Source of the DNA: Escherichia phage MRostami-2023b
Direction: 5' to 3' (one strand)
Sequence record: OQ031492
DNA length: 64,000 nt
Position numbers and translations under genes: made by a program. Below the pieces are notes generated by a model that saw only the letters and a list, made by a program, of their open reading frames with translations, was not told where the DNA came from and did no database searches. This document shows positions 49,639-58,828 of this stretch, in pieces (position 1 is the stretch's first letter; the number at the start of each line of letters is the position of its first letter).

Positions 49639-49815
49639 ATGTCTGAATTCTTCACAATGGCTTTCTTAGGGATCTATTTGATTATTAGTGCTGTTGGCTT
49701 AATCATGTCTCTAATAGAGGAAATGGGAATTAAGTGGAACTGTGCATTCGGTATAGCTCTTATGCTCACTCCGGTTTGGATCTACATCTGCAAATCGGTT
49801 GAACTAATTGGTTAA
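49639..49815 (+). CDS. Small membrane protein
   Basis: Start at MSEFFT; two hydrophobic helices. Confidence 0.35.
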   Translation: MSEFFTMAFLGIYLIISAVGLIMSLIEEMGIKWNCAFGIALMLTPVWIYICKSVELIG

Positions 49816-49825
49816 TGGAGGTAAT

Positions 49826-50164
49826 ATGTTTAGTAAAGAAATGAGAGAGGTGATCGCTACTCTGGTAGTTGATCATGGTGTTGAAGTTGAGCGTCACGTT
49901 TGGAAAGATGAGCCTCCTTTCTTTGATTTGGCATCACGGGCTAAAAGTCACATGTATCTCCTTGAAGATGATAAGGATTTTATTCTGCGTATGCGTTATG
50001 ATCGAGAGTTTAGAATTCCTCTTGACACAGATCCTGATGATGTAGTATTGTGGTTGGCAGAGCATTTCGCATTTAACGCTCTACATGGAAGAAGTTTTGG
50101 TAATGAACGTTGGGATACCATTTGTCGTAAACATAATATTGAACCAGAATACGGGAGTATGTAA
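49826..50164 (+). CDS. Hypothetical protein
   Basis: Start at ATG after ggaggt RBS. Confidence 0.4.
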   Translation: MFSKEMREVIATLVVDHGVEVERHVWKDEPPFFDLASRAKSHMYLLEDDKDFILRMRYDREFRIPLDTDPDDVVLWLAEHFAFNALHGRSFGNERWDTICRKHNIEPEYGSM

Positions 50165-50415
50165 TGTTAAGCGTTAAGCCTAAGATGATCAGTGAAGACC
50201 AGAAAGATTTCATTTACAAGTGTGGACGAATCTGGAGAGAGTATACCAAGGGTAACGAGGTCGTGGTGGTTACTGAACACCAGATTGAAATCTCTGATCT
50301 TTTCGGTGATTATTTGCAAGTGATCAAATTAGGCATTGACAGAGGTTTGGTGCAGGTGTTAACATTATCCCAAGTTGAAGCAGAACACTTAGACAAAATC
50401 ATTGTCGAGTTCTAA
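50164..50415 (+). CDS. Hypothetical protein
   Basis: 83 aa. Confidence 0.4.
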   Translation: MLSVKPKMISEDQKDFIYKCGRIWREYTKGNEVVVVTEHQIEISDLFGDYLQVIKLGIDRGLVQVLTLSQVEAEHLDKIIVEF

Positions 50416-50428
50416 GAGGAGAAAGAAT

Positions 50429-50593
50429 ATGATCTCTTTAGAATCAATAGCTTTTAAGAAAGGGTATACCGCAGGGTTCAAGTTTGGTATGTTTAATAAA
50501 GTAAATCCATATTGTCCAAAGACACACAAAAAGGAATTCGAAGAATGGGAAGATGGATTTTCTAAAGGCTACCAGGCAAAGGGTTGGTTGTAA
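50429..50593 (+). CDS. Hypothetical small protein
   Basis: Start at MISLESIAF after agaggaga RBS. Confidence 0.35.
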   Translation: MISLESIAFKKGYTAGFKFGMFNKVNPYCPKTHKKEFEEWEDGFSKGYQAKGWL

Positions 50594-50602
50594 GGAGAGA
50601 AT

Positions 50603-50767
50603 ATGATTTTAAACTTCATCATCAATTTGTGTTTGACATTGGGACTACTTTGTGCAATAGTATCCCCTCTGGTTGGTGAATATTGTTCAGAACTGGCGAT
50701 GTTTATAGTTCTTGGTGCGGCTATTGCTAATATGTTTGTCGCTGCGATTTGTATGTTGTGGGAATAG
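50603..50767 (+). CDS. Small hydrophobic membrane peptide (not in ORF table)
   Basis: 54 aa MILNFIINLCLTLGLLCAIVSPLVGEY… with aaggagag RBS. Confidence 0.35.
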   Translation: MILNFIINLCLTLGLLCAIVSPLVGEYCSELAMFIVLGAAIANMFVAAICMLWE

Positions 50768-50778
50768 GAGGGAAGTTT

Positions 50779-51135
50779 ATGAAAAAATTAATCTTAGCCA
50801 CATTGCTGGCTACCGTAAGCTTCACCACTTACGCTCAAAAATTTGTAGCAGTTAAAACGGATATTGGTAAAGATGTTGTGATCACAGGCAACAAATTTTA
50901 CTATACACCTGGAAATGGTGTTCTGGAAGAGTGCCAAGATGTTGAGGCATATACAGGAAAAGAAGATAACACGGAACGTCCTTTTTATTCGATTATAGCT
51001 ACTTGCAAAAATGAAATAGTAGCTATTAAACAATACAAAGATGCACCTGGAGGAGAGTACTTATTAATCAAGAATATTAAGAGTGAAAAAACTGCAAAGT
51101 TTACAGTAATTATTTTAAAAGGAGAAACGTTCTAA
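50779..51135 (+). CDS. Secreted/periplasmic protein with signal peptide
   Basis: MKKLILATLLATVSFTTYAQK… after ggaggg RBS. Confidence 0.45.
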   Translation: MKKLILATLLATVSFTTYAQKFVAVKTDIGKDVVITGNKFYYTPGNGVLEECQDVEAYTGKEDNTERPFYSIIATCKNEIVAIKQYKDAPGGEYLLIKNIKSEKTAKFTVIILKGETF

Positions 51136-52274
51136 TGAAATACACTATTTTTGGAGATGTGGCTGTTGTAAATAAGGAATATGGTGTTGAAGCTAATAAA
51201 CTTCCTGCTGGAGTTTGGGTTGTCAACTGCGATCCGCACGGTAACTACTCTTTAGTGCGTGGCGAAAGTTTCTCTCTTCCGAACACTCTTTATGGGGAAA
51301 CTAAAGACCGCGCCGCACATGTTATTAAAACATTTGCTCGTCGTAGTAAAGAAGGTAAAAATACTGGGGTGTTACTGACAGGGACAAAGGGCAGTGGTAA
51401 GACGATGTTAGCTAAACTGATTAGCATGTCCCTAATGTCCACAGAAGGTTTAGGTATTCCAACCATTTTGGTGACACAGCCTTACACAGATGCTGGATTC
51501 TTAGAATTTATGAGTAAAATTACAGATCGTGCTGTTGTTTTATTTGACGAGTTTGATAAAGTGTACGCTAAGAAAGAAGATCAGGAAGCACTGTTGACCT
51601 TGTTGGATGGAACAGGAAGTGGGAATAAACTTTACATCCTCACTAAAAATAGTGGTTATATCTCGGAATATTTTGTAAACCGTCCTAGTCGTATCTACTA
51701 CAGTTTCAATTACGATAAACTGTCTAGTGAAACTATGTTAGATTATTTGGATAAGAACTTGGTAAATAAAAAGCACGTAGATAACTTCCAACGTTTATGG
51801 GATGTTAGCACAGAGTTGTCTTTCGATGTTATTCAAGGCATTGTAGAAGAATTGAATTTCTATCCAAAAATGACTTTTAAAGAATGTCTTGAAATGATGG
51901 GTATTTCTTTAGGCAACGATGCTAAATGGAATGTGGCTTCTATCGTAGCTAATGGCAAAACGCTGAAGGTGAATTGGATCAATAACTGGCACGACTTCAC
52001 CCCTACTAAGTTTTTGTCGGGTGCTTGTTCCCTGAACATCTATCTGCAAAGCTTGAAAGATGATGAAGTGGAAGCAATGGAAACCAACAGTTATGTTATC
52101 CTGGATGAAGATGGCGATGCACATATTGATCTATGTGCAACTGCTGATGGTCTAACTTGTGATCTGATTGAAGGTGGTAAGATTCTGGTGATGAGCACTA
52201 CACCAGGAAACACTCTGCGAGTGGTGCTGGAGCCTGTAACACAACGTTCCACCACATTAGGTAGCGTGTTCTAA
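51135..52274 (+). CDS. AAA-type P-loop ATPase
   Basis: Walker A GTKGSGKTMLAK, Walker B-like VVLFDEFDK. Confidence 0.55.
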   Translation: MKYTIFGDVAVVNKEYGVEANKLPAGVWVVNCDPHGNYSLVRGESFSLPNTLYGETKDRAAHVIKTFARRSKEGKNTGVLLTGTKGSGKTMLAKLISMSLMSTEGLGIPTILVTQPYTDAGFLEFMSKITDRAVVLFDEFDKVYAKKEDQEALLTLLDGTGSGNKLYILTKNSGYISEYFVNRPSRIYYSFNYDKLSSETMLDYLDKNLVNKKHVDNFQRLWDVSTELSFDVIQGIVEELNFYPKMTFKECLEMMGISLGNDAKWNVASIVANGKTLKVNWINNWHDFTPTKFLSGACSLNIYLQSLKDDEVEAMETNSYVILDEDGDAHIDLCATADGLTCDLIEGGKILVMSTTPGNTLRVVLEPVTQRSTTLGSVF

Positions 52275-52282
52275 TAAAGATG

Positions 52283-53191
52283 NNNNNNNNNNNNNNNNNN
52301 NNNNNNNNNNNNNNNNNNNNNNNNNNNNNNNNNNNNNNNNNNNNNNNNNNNNNNNNNNNNNNNNNNNNNNNNNNNNNNNNNNNNNNNNNNNNNNNNNNNN
52401 NNNNNNNNNNNNNNNNNNNNNNNNNNNNNNNNNNNNNNNNNNNNNNNNNNNNNNNNNNNNNNNNNNNNNNNNNNNNNNNNNNNNNNNNNNNNNNNNNNNN
52501 NNNNNNNNNNNNNNNNNNNNNNNNNNNNNNNNNNNNNNNNNNNNNNNNNNNNNNNNNNNNNNNNNNNNNNNNNNNNNNNNNNNNNNNNNNNNNNNNNNNN
52601 NNNNNNNNNNNNNNNNNNNNNNNNNNNNNNNNNNNNNNNNNNNNNNNNNNNNNNNNNNNNNNNNNNNNNNNNNNNNNNNNNNNNNNNNNNNNNNNNNNNN
52701 NNNNNNNNNNNNNNNNNNNNNNNNNNNNNNNNNNNNNNNNNNNNNNNNNNNNNNNNNNNNNNNNNNNNNNNNNNNNNNNNNNNNNNNNNNNNNNNNNNNN
52801 NNNNNNNNNNNNNNNNNNNNNNNNNNNNNNNNNNNNNNNNNNNNNNNNNNNNNNNNNNNNNNNNNNNNNNNNNNNNNNNNNNNNNNNNNNNNNNNNNNNN
52901 NNNNNNNNNNNNNNNNNNNNNNNNNNNNNNNNNNNNNNNNNNNNNNNNNNNNNNNNNNNNNNNNNNNNNNNNNNNNNNNNNNNNNNNNNNNNNNNNNNNN
53001 NNNNNNNNNNNNNNNNNNNNNNNNNNNNNNNNNNNNNNNNNNNNNNNNNNNNNNNNNNNNNNNNNNNNNNNNNNNNNNNNNNNNNNNNNNNNNNNNNNNN
53101 NNNNNNNNNNNNNNNNNNNNNNNNNNNNNNNNNNNNNNNNNNNNNNNNNNNNNNNNNNNNNNNNNNNNNNNNNNNNNNNNNNNNNNNNNNN
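52283..53191. other. Masked sequence (909 N)
   Basis: N run; content unknowable. Confidence 0.9.
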
Positions 53192-53524
53192 AATCAACAG
53201 CAATGTTACATTAACTATGTCTATGATGAACAAGGTGTTCTCTGTGCCTTGAAATTTGGCATTACTAAAGATAGCGATAGGCGTATTAAAGAACAAAATA
53301 GCCATAATGTGTTAACTATGAAACAACACCAAGTGTGGCACTTCCCTACTGTTAAGCAGTGCAAAGATGCAGAGAGTCGTTGTAAGCGTATTCTTGATAC
53401 GGAAGCAGTGAGCAAATATGCTATGCCAGATGGCTACACAGAAACAGTAGAGTTATCTTGCATGGCATCAATACAAAACATTTATAAACTTTATGGTGGA
53501 ACATTACAGGAGGAAACATGTTAG
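53192..53524 (+). CDS. C-terminal part of a protein with T5orf172/GIY-YIG-like segment (5' part masked)
   Basis: YINYVYDEQGVLCALKFGITKDSDRRIKEQN; frame continuity across N unverifiable. Confidence 0.3.
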   Translation, partial: NQQQCYINYVYDEQGVLCALKFGITKDSDRRIKEQNSHNVLTMKQHQVWHFPTVKQCKDAESRCKRILDTEAVSKYAMPDGYTETVELSCMASIQNIYKLYGGTLQEETC

Positions 53525-53883
53525 TTGATGTTCAAATTATGCGCAATGAAAGGATGGACTTCTTTGAAGCAGTAGAGAAACATCTGATCCGATGGGACTA
53601 TGAATTTGTTCCTGCTGGATGTGGACCAGTAGAGCATTTAGCGGAAGACGACGATGTATACATGATCATTCGTCAAGTGTACCAGACAGACCAGTGCGAA
53701 GAAACTCCCGAACTGATTTTGTTTGAGTGTAAAGATCTTGCAAAATATTTTGACTATGGCGGAAAAGAGGGTCATAATCTCTCCAGATACAATAAACGTC
53801 TACTTATCTTAGACTACATGCGGAACAACAAACACAAACTCATCGACGCAGACGCAGTTTATGGCTACTGGTGGATGGATTAA
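53518..53883 (+). CDS. Hypothetical protein
   Basis: 121 aa, RBS aggagg. Confidence 0.4.
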   Translation: MLVDVQIMRNERMDFFEAVEKHLIRWDYEFVPAGCGPVEHLAEDDDVYMIIRQVYQTDQCEETPELILFECKDLAKYFDYGGKEGHNLSRYNKRLLILDYMRNNKHKLIDADAVYGYWWMD

Positions 53884-53896
53884 CAAAGGAGAAACT

Positions 53897-54085
53897 ATGG
53901 CACGTTTAGCAGATCATGAAATCTTTAAACCTATTCTGAACCACTATGATGAACTTAAAGCAGTGTTGGATTGTTATAGAGAGGATGAAGAACTCTTGGA
54001 GACAAACCTTAAAGTAGTTCTGATGAAAGCCTATCAGCAAGGGCAACGTGAAATTTTGGAGAGTATGAAAAATGCGAATAACTGA
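53897..54085 (+). CDS. Hypothetical small protein
   Basis: Start at MARLADHE after aaggaga RBS. Confidence 0.35.
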   Translation: MARLADHEIFKPILNHYDELKAVLDCYREDEELLETNLKVVLMKAYQQGQREILESMKNANN

Positions 54086-54614
54086 TGATTATGTATTCTT
54101 CTTTTCACATAAAGATGTTTTTAGTAATTGGTATATTGCACCCTTTACAGAAACCGAACCAGGTTACAATCAGACATTTAATTGTGTCGAACAATACATG
54201 ATGTGGCGTAAAGCTTTGCTTTTTAATGATCACAACACTGCACAGGCTATTCTGACTCATAGTTTGATACGGAAAGATGAGAAGATCCAAGCTTATTACA
54301 AACGTATGGGTAGGGCAGTGTCGGATTTTGATAACAATGTATGGGAAGAGAACCGTGAGCGTATTGTTATGCGAGGTTTATGCTTGAAATATGTACAGAA
54401 TCCAGATTTGTATGCAGACTTACACCTTTACCAATACAAAACGTTTGTTGAAGCAAGCCCCTACGATAAGGTTTACGGAATTGGAATGGGGATGTATGAA
54501 CCAGGGGTGCTAAACCCTGCCACCTGGAAAGGGCAGAATCTTTTAGGTAAATATCATAATAAACTGATCGAAATACTTTTCCCAGACAGAATACCGCAAA
54601 GACGATATTTGTGA
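54072..54614 (+). CDS. NADAR-domain protein (YbiA-like)
   Basis: FFFSHKDVFSNWY…EQYMMWRKALLF…DKVYGIGMG…GQNLLGKYHNKL matches NADAR/DUF1768 landmarks. Confidence 0.65.
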   Translation: MRITDDYVFFFSHKDVFSNWYIAPFTETEPGYNQTFNCVEQYMMWRKALLFNDHNTAQAILTHSLIRKDEKIQAYYKRMGRAVSDFDNNVWEENRERIVMRGLCLKYVQNPDLYADLHLYQYKTFVEASPYDKVYGIGMGMYEPGVLNPATWKGQNLLGKYHNKLIEILFPDRIPQRRYL

Positions 54615-54857
54615 TATTTTAACTTTTTTCATTTTTAGAACAAAGGTGTCACTTTGTAGCACAGAAATAAGGCTCCTACAGCACCGTAGAGAGCCTGTTA
54701 TTTTGTCCTATACAAACCCTTATCTTTTTCAGTTTGCATCACTAGGATTCGATCTAAGTGGGTTCCTGAAGGTCTACTAATAAGATTAAAGGTTATCTCA
54801 AATTCCCATTACCTATTATCTCAAAAATCCCTCAAATTATTTAAACTTTTTAAGAAT

Positions 54858-54895
54858 TTACAAAAGTGAAAGTTGAAAACCAAAATTTAAAGTTT
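54858..54895. repeat. A-rich direct repeat copy 1 in non-coding control region
   Basis: tacaaaagtgaaagttgaaaaccaaaatttaaagttta; near-copies at 54998-55035 and partial at 54937-54966. Confidence 0.5.
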
Positions 54896-54997
54896 AGGAA
54901 AATTATCTTAAAATGTTAGATACAAAACAAAACTCAAAAGTCAAGGAAAATTTTAAAAATTTTGCGCGCCCACAGTATTTAAAGTTTTTTTGCTTTT

Positions 54998-55035
54998 ACA
55001 AAAATGAAAGTACAAAAGCAAAATTTAAAGTTTAC
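54998..55035. repeat. A-rich direct repeat copy 2
   Basis: tacaaaaatgaaagtacaaaagcaaaatttaaagttta. Confidence 0.5.
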
Positions 55036-55039
55036 AAAA

Positions 55040-55175
55040 ATTTTTATGCAGGTGAGAATGAGAAGAGTTCTCATATGGAAATGCAAATGATAATGATTCG
55101 CATTTAAGTTTATAAATGAGATTGATTCTTATTTAATAAGGTAAATGATAACCATTCTCATTTAGAGAATGACGC
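55040..55175. promoter_or_regulatory. Cluster of palindromic operator-like sites
   Basis: gagaatgagaagagttctcat; aaatgc-aaatgataatgatt-cgcattt (Fur-box-like GATAATGAT core); cattctcatttagagaatg. Confidence 0.4.
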
Positions 55176-55420
55176 GCAGGGGCGGTGTTTGTCTCGCGCT
55201 CCCGTGTCCCCTCGCCATGTAATAAGAATAACAGATCCAGCCAGGAAAGCAAGCGATTATTTTATCTTTACATTTCTTTACAAATATATAGCGCCCAGCC
55301 TACCGGCGATCAACCTTCCAACCAGCGCCCTGGTATGTTAGCCCCGCCTTTACGCCGTGGGGTGGCGCTTCCTCTTCTGTATGTAAAACAGTATAAGCCC
55401 TATCCCTGGGCTTGTCAAGA

Positions 55421-55687
55421 TTATTTTTTGTTTTCTTGCCAGGTCAGGACACCTAGCCAAAAATGAATATCACCTTTTCCCCAATGTGGTATATTGCTTT
55501 CNNNNNNNNNACTGCAAGCCCATAGATAACCATTTGCGAACGTATCAAAATGATCTATATCCTCGACCTTATAATCTGATAGGTTGAGAACGGTTTCAAC
55601 CTTTAAGCCCGTTGCGCTTGCTACCTGGTGCACCGTGCCGCCTTGCCAGCCCAATGAGTGCATAAGGTGTAATGTAGTATTTGTCAT
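55421..55687 (-). CDS. Hypothetical protein divergent from the early-gene array (8 N inside)
   Basis: 88 aa ORF; possible TTGCTA-17-TATCAT promoter upstream. Confidence 0.3.
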   Translation of the reverse strand: MTNTTLHLMHSLGWQGGTVHQVASATGLKVETVLNLSDYKVEDIDHFDTFANGYLWACSXXXESNIPHWGKGDIHFWLGVLTWQENKK

Positions 55688-55796
55688 GGTATCGCCCTTT
55701 CTTTGATGTGCGCCCTGGTTGGCGCGGTAGAAAGATGATAGCCCTTTCTTTTATATATAGCAAGCAAAAAGAAAATAAAAAAGATTGAAAAAGTGA

Positions 55797-55854
55797 TTGA
55801 CGTTCGCCAGGTGGCGGCATAATATTTACCACGTAGGGCGGCAATGGTGCCGCT
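55797..55854 (+). promoter_or_regulatory. Sigma70-type promoter (TTGACG-17-TAATAT) plus conserved leader hairpin
   Basis: -10 followed by ttaccacGTAGGGCGGCAatggTGCCGC. Confidence 0.6.
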
Positions 55855-55874
55855 CATTATTTGGAGTTAAAATC

Positions 55875-56072
55875 ATGGCAACATTGCACATTGTGGCGAA
55901 AGCTGGACAAATAAACGTGGTAGTAAACGGTTTTACTGAGTTCAGTCATCCCCAGGATGATCATGAAACGGTTTTATCTTTCATTGATTCACTGTTAGAA
56001 ATGGGAGTAATTACAGAAGACCAGCACGCTACAAAATGCAAACGCGTTAATCAAATTGCAGGGATAGAATAA
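55875..56072 (+). CDS. Small early-type protein
   Basis: 65 aa from ATG after ggagtt RBS. Confidence 0.4.
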   Translation: MATLHIVAKAGQINVVVNGFTEFSHPQDDHETVLSFIDSLLEMGVITEDQHATKCKRVNQIAGIE

Positions 56073-56078
56073 AAAGTA

Positions 56079-56137
56079 TTGACAACAAACAACAACCTGA
56101 TAAGATGTATCACATAGGGCGGGAAGTGGTTTCCCGC
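56079..56137 (+). promoter_or_regulatory. Promoter (TTGACA-16-TAAGAT) plus leader hairpin
   Basis: gtatcacATAGGGCGGGAAgtggtTTCCCGC. Confidence 0.55.
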
Positions 56138-56162
56138 TCGTAACAGAAGAGAGATTATCATC

Positions 56163-56435
56163 ATGGCATCATATAGCGCAACAATGATCGTAGCTGGCAC
56201 CACTGGTAAACCTATGTGCGGTGGCGGATCTTTCGCAAATATCAACATTGACGGGCGTTTATCCCTGGACGCAGCGATCACCGTGGCGCGGGAAACATTT
56301 AAGAAAGAATGTAAATTCAATAAACAAGATTATCTCGGTTTTGCTATTGAAAAAACCGCGCGCTTTGTTGATTATAAAAGCCCGAAAATGGTTGACACTA
56401 CATTAAAAGCGCAAGATGTAGCGTTTTTGCTTTAA
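56163..56435 (+). CDS. Small early-type protein
   Basis: 90 aa, RBS agaagagag. Confidence 0.4.
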   Translation: MASYSATMIVAGTTGKPMCGGGSFANINIDGRLSLDAAITVARETFKKECKFNKQDYLGFAIEKTARFVDYKSPKMVDTTLKAQDVAFLL

Positions 56436-56438
56436 GGC

Positions 56439-56494
56439 TTGACATTAACGACTAATTTGTTAATATGTTACATAAAGCGGGAATAGTTCCCGCT
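56439..56494 (+). promoter_or_regulatory. Promoter (TTGACA-16-TAATAT) plus leader hairpin
   Basis: AGCGGGAAtagTTCCCGCT after -10. Confidence 0.55.
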
Positions 56495-56511
56495 ATTTGT
56501 AAGGTGGTAGA

Positions 56512-56769
56512 ATGTTTTACATCAAATTAAAAGGTCACGTGATCGCGTTCAAAGATAACGCTTTTTACAGATTAGCAAAATATGCGTTAATACATCCCCA
56601 CTATGTTTATATAAGGGGGCGTGATGAAATAAATATCTTTGATCAAACAACATGCGAGAACATCGAGATCCGCAAGGTTGGCGTACGTGATTATCGTACA
56701 TCTTTCTACCCTTGCAAGGATTCAGCAAGTCTTTTCAAAGTATGCCAATTGTTGAAAAAAGGTGGTTAA
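56512..56769 (+). CDS. Small early-type protein
   Basis: 85 aa, RBS aaggtgg. Confidence 0.4.
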   Translation: MFYIKLKGHVIAFKDNAFYRLAKYALIHPHYVYIRGRDEINIFDQTTCENIEIRKVGVRDYRTSFYPCKDSASLFKVCQLLKKGG

Positions 56770-56770
56770 T

Positions 56771-57328
56771 ATGGGCCGCGAATATGTGATCCAGTCTTGG
56801 GTAAAACATGAAGCAGATGATCCGCGCATCATTCCCGATCATCTTATCGATGAATCCACGGGATATAGCGGTGAGCAAATAGGTAACAGATTAGCACGTA
56901 GTAACGGCAACGTAAAAGCACGTTATGTGCGCCCTGGCTGGCTGGCAAATGGTAACGCTGATTTATCCAGTGCGGAAGATGCGAGCGACGGCGCGAAAGA
57001 TAATCCTTTGTACAAAGTTGATCCGGCTTTTCGTGTCCTGGATGAATACCCCAGCAAGATAGCGGCGCTCGATCAGGCCCTGGAAAGTAAGCGCATCACC
57101 TGGACCGCTTACAACATGGCAAAAAACGTACTTGATGGTAAATTGATTCAAGCTGAAAGAAAATTAGCCAAAATTGCAGCTATAGCCCAGGAGGAAGACG
57201 AGGAGACAACGGAAGAGGAAGAGTACGAAGAGATCCCGCCGTTGTTGTGTGTTGATGCTTTTCCTGATTATCAGCCGACAGAGGAAGAAAAAAGGATCGC
57301 ACTAGAAAACTTTGAAAATAGTCTTTGA
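56771..57328 (+). CDS. Acidic hypothetical protein
   Basis: 185 aa from MGREYVIQ; Glu-rich C-terminal tract. Confidence 0.4.
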   Translation: MGREYVIQSWVKHEADDPRIIPDHLIDESTGYSGEQIGNRLARSNGNVKARYVRPGWLANGNADLSSAEDASDGAKDNPLYKVDPAFRVLDEYPSKIAALDQALESKRITWTAYNMAKNVLDGKLIQAERKLAKIAAIAQEEDEETTEEEEYEEIPPLLCVDAFPDYQPTEEEKRIALENFENSL

Positions 57329-57382
57329 CATATCGCCGCCACTGGCATAATATTTACCACGTAGGGCGGCAATGGTGCCGCT
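57325..57382 (+). promoter_or_regulatory. Promoter (TTGACA-17-TAATAT) plus leader hairpin
   Basis: Near-identical to 55797-55854 element. Confidence 0.55.
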
Positions 57383-57410
57383 CATAGTAAAATTATGCAA
57401 GAGGTTTGCA

Positions 57411-57506
57411 ATGATTAATAAAGAAAATAGCTTGACGGTTGGAACGATTAACGCTATCATTTTCGCCGTTCCATTTTGGGTTGTAGTAGCGGCTATTATT
57501 TTCTAA
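57411..57506 (+). CDS. Tiny hydrophobic peptide (31 aa)
   Basis: MINKENSLTVGTINAIIFAVPFWVVVAAIIF; own promoter-hairpin. Confidence 0.3.
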   Translation: MINKENSLTVGTINAIIFAVPFWVVVAAIIF

Positions 57507-57515
57507 AAAATATTC

Positions 57516-57576
57516 TTGACAACGTTTTTTAATCTGATAAGATGTATCACATAGGGCGGCGGAATACTTCCCCGCC
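57516..57576 (+). promoter_or_regulatory. Promoter (TTGACA-16-TAAGAT) plus leader hairpin
   Basis: gtatcacATAGGGCGGCGGAAtacTTCCCCGCC. Confidence 0.55.
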
Positions 57577-57597
57577 AAAACAAAAAAGGGTAACACA

Positions 57598-57960
57598 ATG
57601 AGCAAGCAAATCAGTACTATCATGTTTAATCTGGTATCTTTCCGCGATGATATGAAAAATTTACCACGTGAAACGGTTGATATTCATGTTTCAGCTTATC
57701 GCGCCCTTATTGACATGTTACCGCTAAAACGTGATCAACATGCCGCTAATATGATGCTTAATGCTATGCTTAAAAAGATGATTCAAACTGATCTCACCCT
57801 GGCATATGAGTATCAAGGGCGCTTATATGCAACTTACAACAAAACGGTACCTGGTTTGGGAAGTACCGAAGAGTTGCACGGCTTAAACCTGGATCAAAAC
57901 ACTTGGGATAGTATGCGCCGCGTTATGGTATGGGCCGAAAGCGGTAAAATTTACGAATAA
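57598..57960 (+). CDS. Small early-type protein
   Basis: 120 aa. Confidence 0.4.
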   Translation: MSKQISTIMFNLVSFRDDMKNLPRETVDIHVSAYRALIDMLPLKRDQHAANMMLNAMLKKMIQTDLTLAYEYQGRLYATYNKTVPGLGSTEELHGLNLDQNTWDSMRRVMVWAESGKIYE

Positions 57961-57966
57961 AAACGG

Positions 57967-58023
57967 TTGACACTGTTTAAACTTCTGGTATAGTTTATCA
58001 CGTAGGGCGGCAATGGTGCCGCC
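57967..58023 (+). promoter_or_regulatory. Promoter (TTGACA-16-TATAGT) plus leader hairpin
   Basis: ttatcacGTAGGGCGGCAatggTGCCGCC. Confidence 0.55.
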
Positions 58024-58043
58024 AACAATAAAAGGTTAACACC

Positions 58044-58409
58044 ATGGCTATTAATATCAATGTTTCCGCTTATGCTACCCTGGCTAACACGGCTAAAATC
58101 GAATTATCCAGCATTGAGGCGGTGCATATTAGCGCCCGTCGCTGGTTTCAAAAGTCTTATGGTAATACTTATTTCTCTTTGATGGTTGACGTTGAGATCG
58201 GCGGTAAATTGATCGAAGTGGTTAACGTTCCGTTTCAATATGGCTATGGTGATCATTTTGATACCGTCGCCCTGGAAGAATTTAGCAAGGTTATCAACCT
58301 TGAGGGCAAGGAATTTTCACGCGGCGCGTATCTTTCCCGTTTTTGCCGTGACAATGGGATCACTGTATACAGTCATGCAAGCGATGTTAAACGTAAAAAA
58401 GATCTATAA
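58044..58409 (+). CDS. Small early-type protein
   Basis: 121 aa. Confidence 0.4.
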   Translation: MAININVSAYATLANTAKIELSSIEAVHISARRWFQKSYGNTYFSLMVDVEIGGKLIEVVNVPFQYGYGDHFDTVALEEFSKVINLEGKEFSRGAYLSRFCRDNGITVYSHASDVKRKKDL

Positions 58410-58415
58410 AAAGCA

Positions 58416-58475
58416 TTGACAGCACGAATAAAAAGCGTAAAATGTTTTATATCGAGAGCGGGAACACTTCCCGCC
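58416..58475 (+). promoter_or_regulatory. Promoter (TTGACA-16-TAAAAT) plus leader hairpin
   Basis: GCGGGAAcacTTCCCGC after -10. Confidence 0.5.
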
Positions 58476-58498
58476 TCACTGAAAAAGAGAGAAAAATC

Positions 58499-58738
58499 AT
58501 GGCTAAATCTAAAATGTACAACGGTCACAAAAACAAAACTCATTGGAATGTAAGCCTTTGGATTAATAACGATGAATCGTTATACCGGTTGGCCCAAGAT
58601 TTTATTAACGCTAATGCTAATCGTAATGATGCGGCGCGGGATATGATGCTTTTTCTGGAACAAACTGGACAAGATAAAACGCCAGACGGTTTCAAATATA
58701 GCACTACTGCGATCCGTGCCGCGATGGTTGGAATGTAA
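58499..58738 (+). CDS. Small early-type protein
   Basis: 79 aa from MAKSKMY. Confidence 0.4.
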   Translation: MAKSKMYNGHKNKTHWNVSLWINNDESLYRLAQDFINANANRNDAARDMMLFLEQTGQDKTPDGFKYSTTAIRAAMVGM

Positions 58739-58746
58739 TAAAAACA

Positions 58747-58805
58747 GTTGACAACGTTTAAAATTAGTGTAAGATGTATCACATAGGGCGGGAAGTGGTT
58801 TCCCG
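58747..58805 (+). promoter_or_regulatory. Promoter (TTGACA-16-TAAGAT) plus leader hairpin
   Basis: Near-identical to 56079-56137 element. Confidence 0.55.
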
Positions 58806-58828
58806 CCAAAACAGAGAGATTAAAGATT

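Noticed and set aside
54913-55107. 64 aa ORF across the A-rich direct repeats
   Set aside because: Lys/Phe-rich translation of AT repeats; overlaps repeat and palindrome elements.
55185-55466. 93 aa plus-strand ORF in the GC-rich intergenic segment
   Set aside because: Pro/Arg/Ser-rich low-complexity translation of structured GC-rich DNA, no RBS; more likely non-coding.
54615-55870. Possible tRNA genes in the long non-coding region
   Set aside because: No cloverleaf-compatible segment with a T-loop GTTCRANYC motif and acceptor-stem complementarity was seen by eye; a tRNA scan would be definitive.
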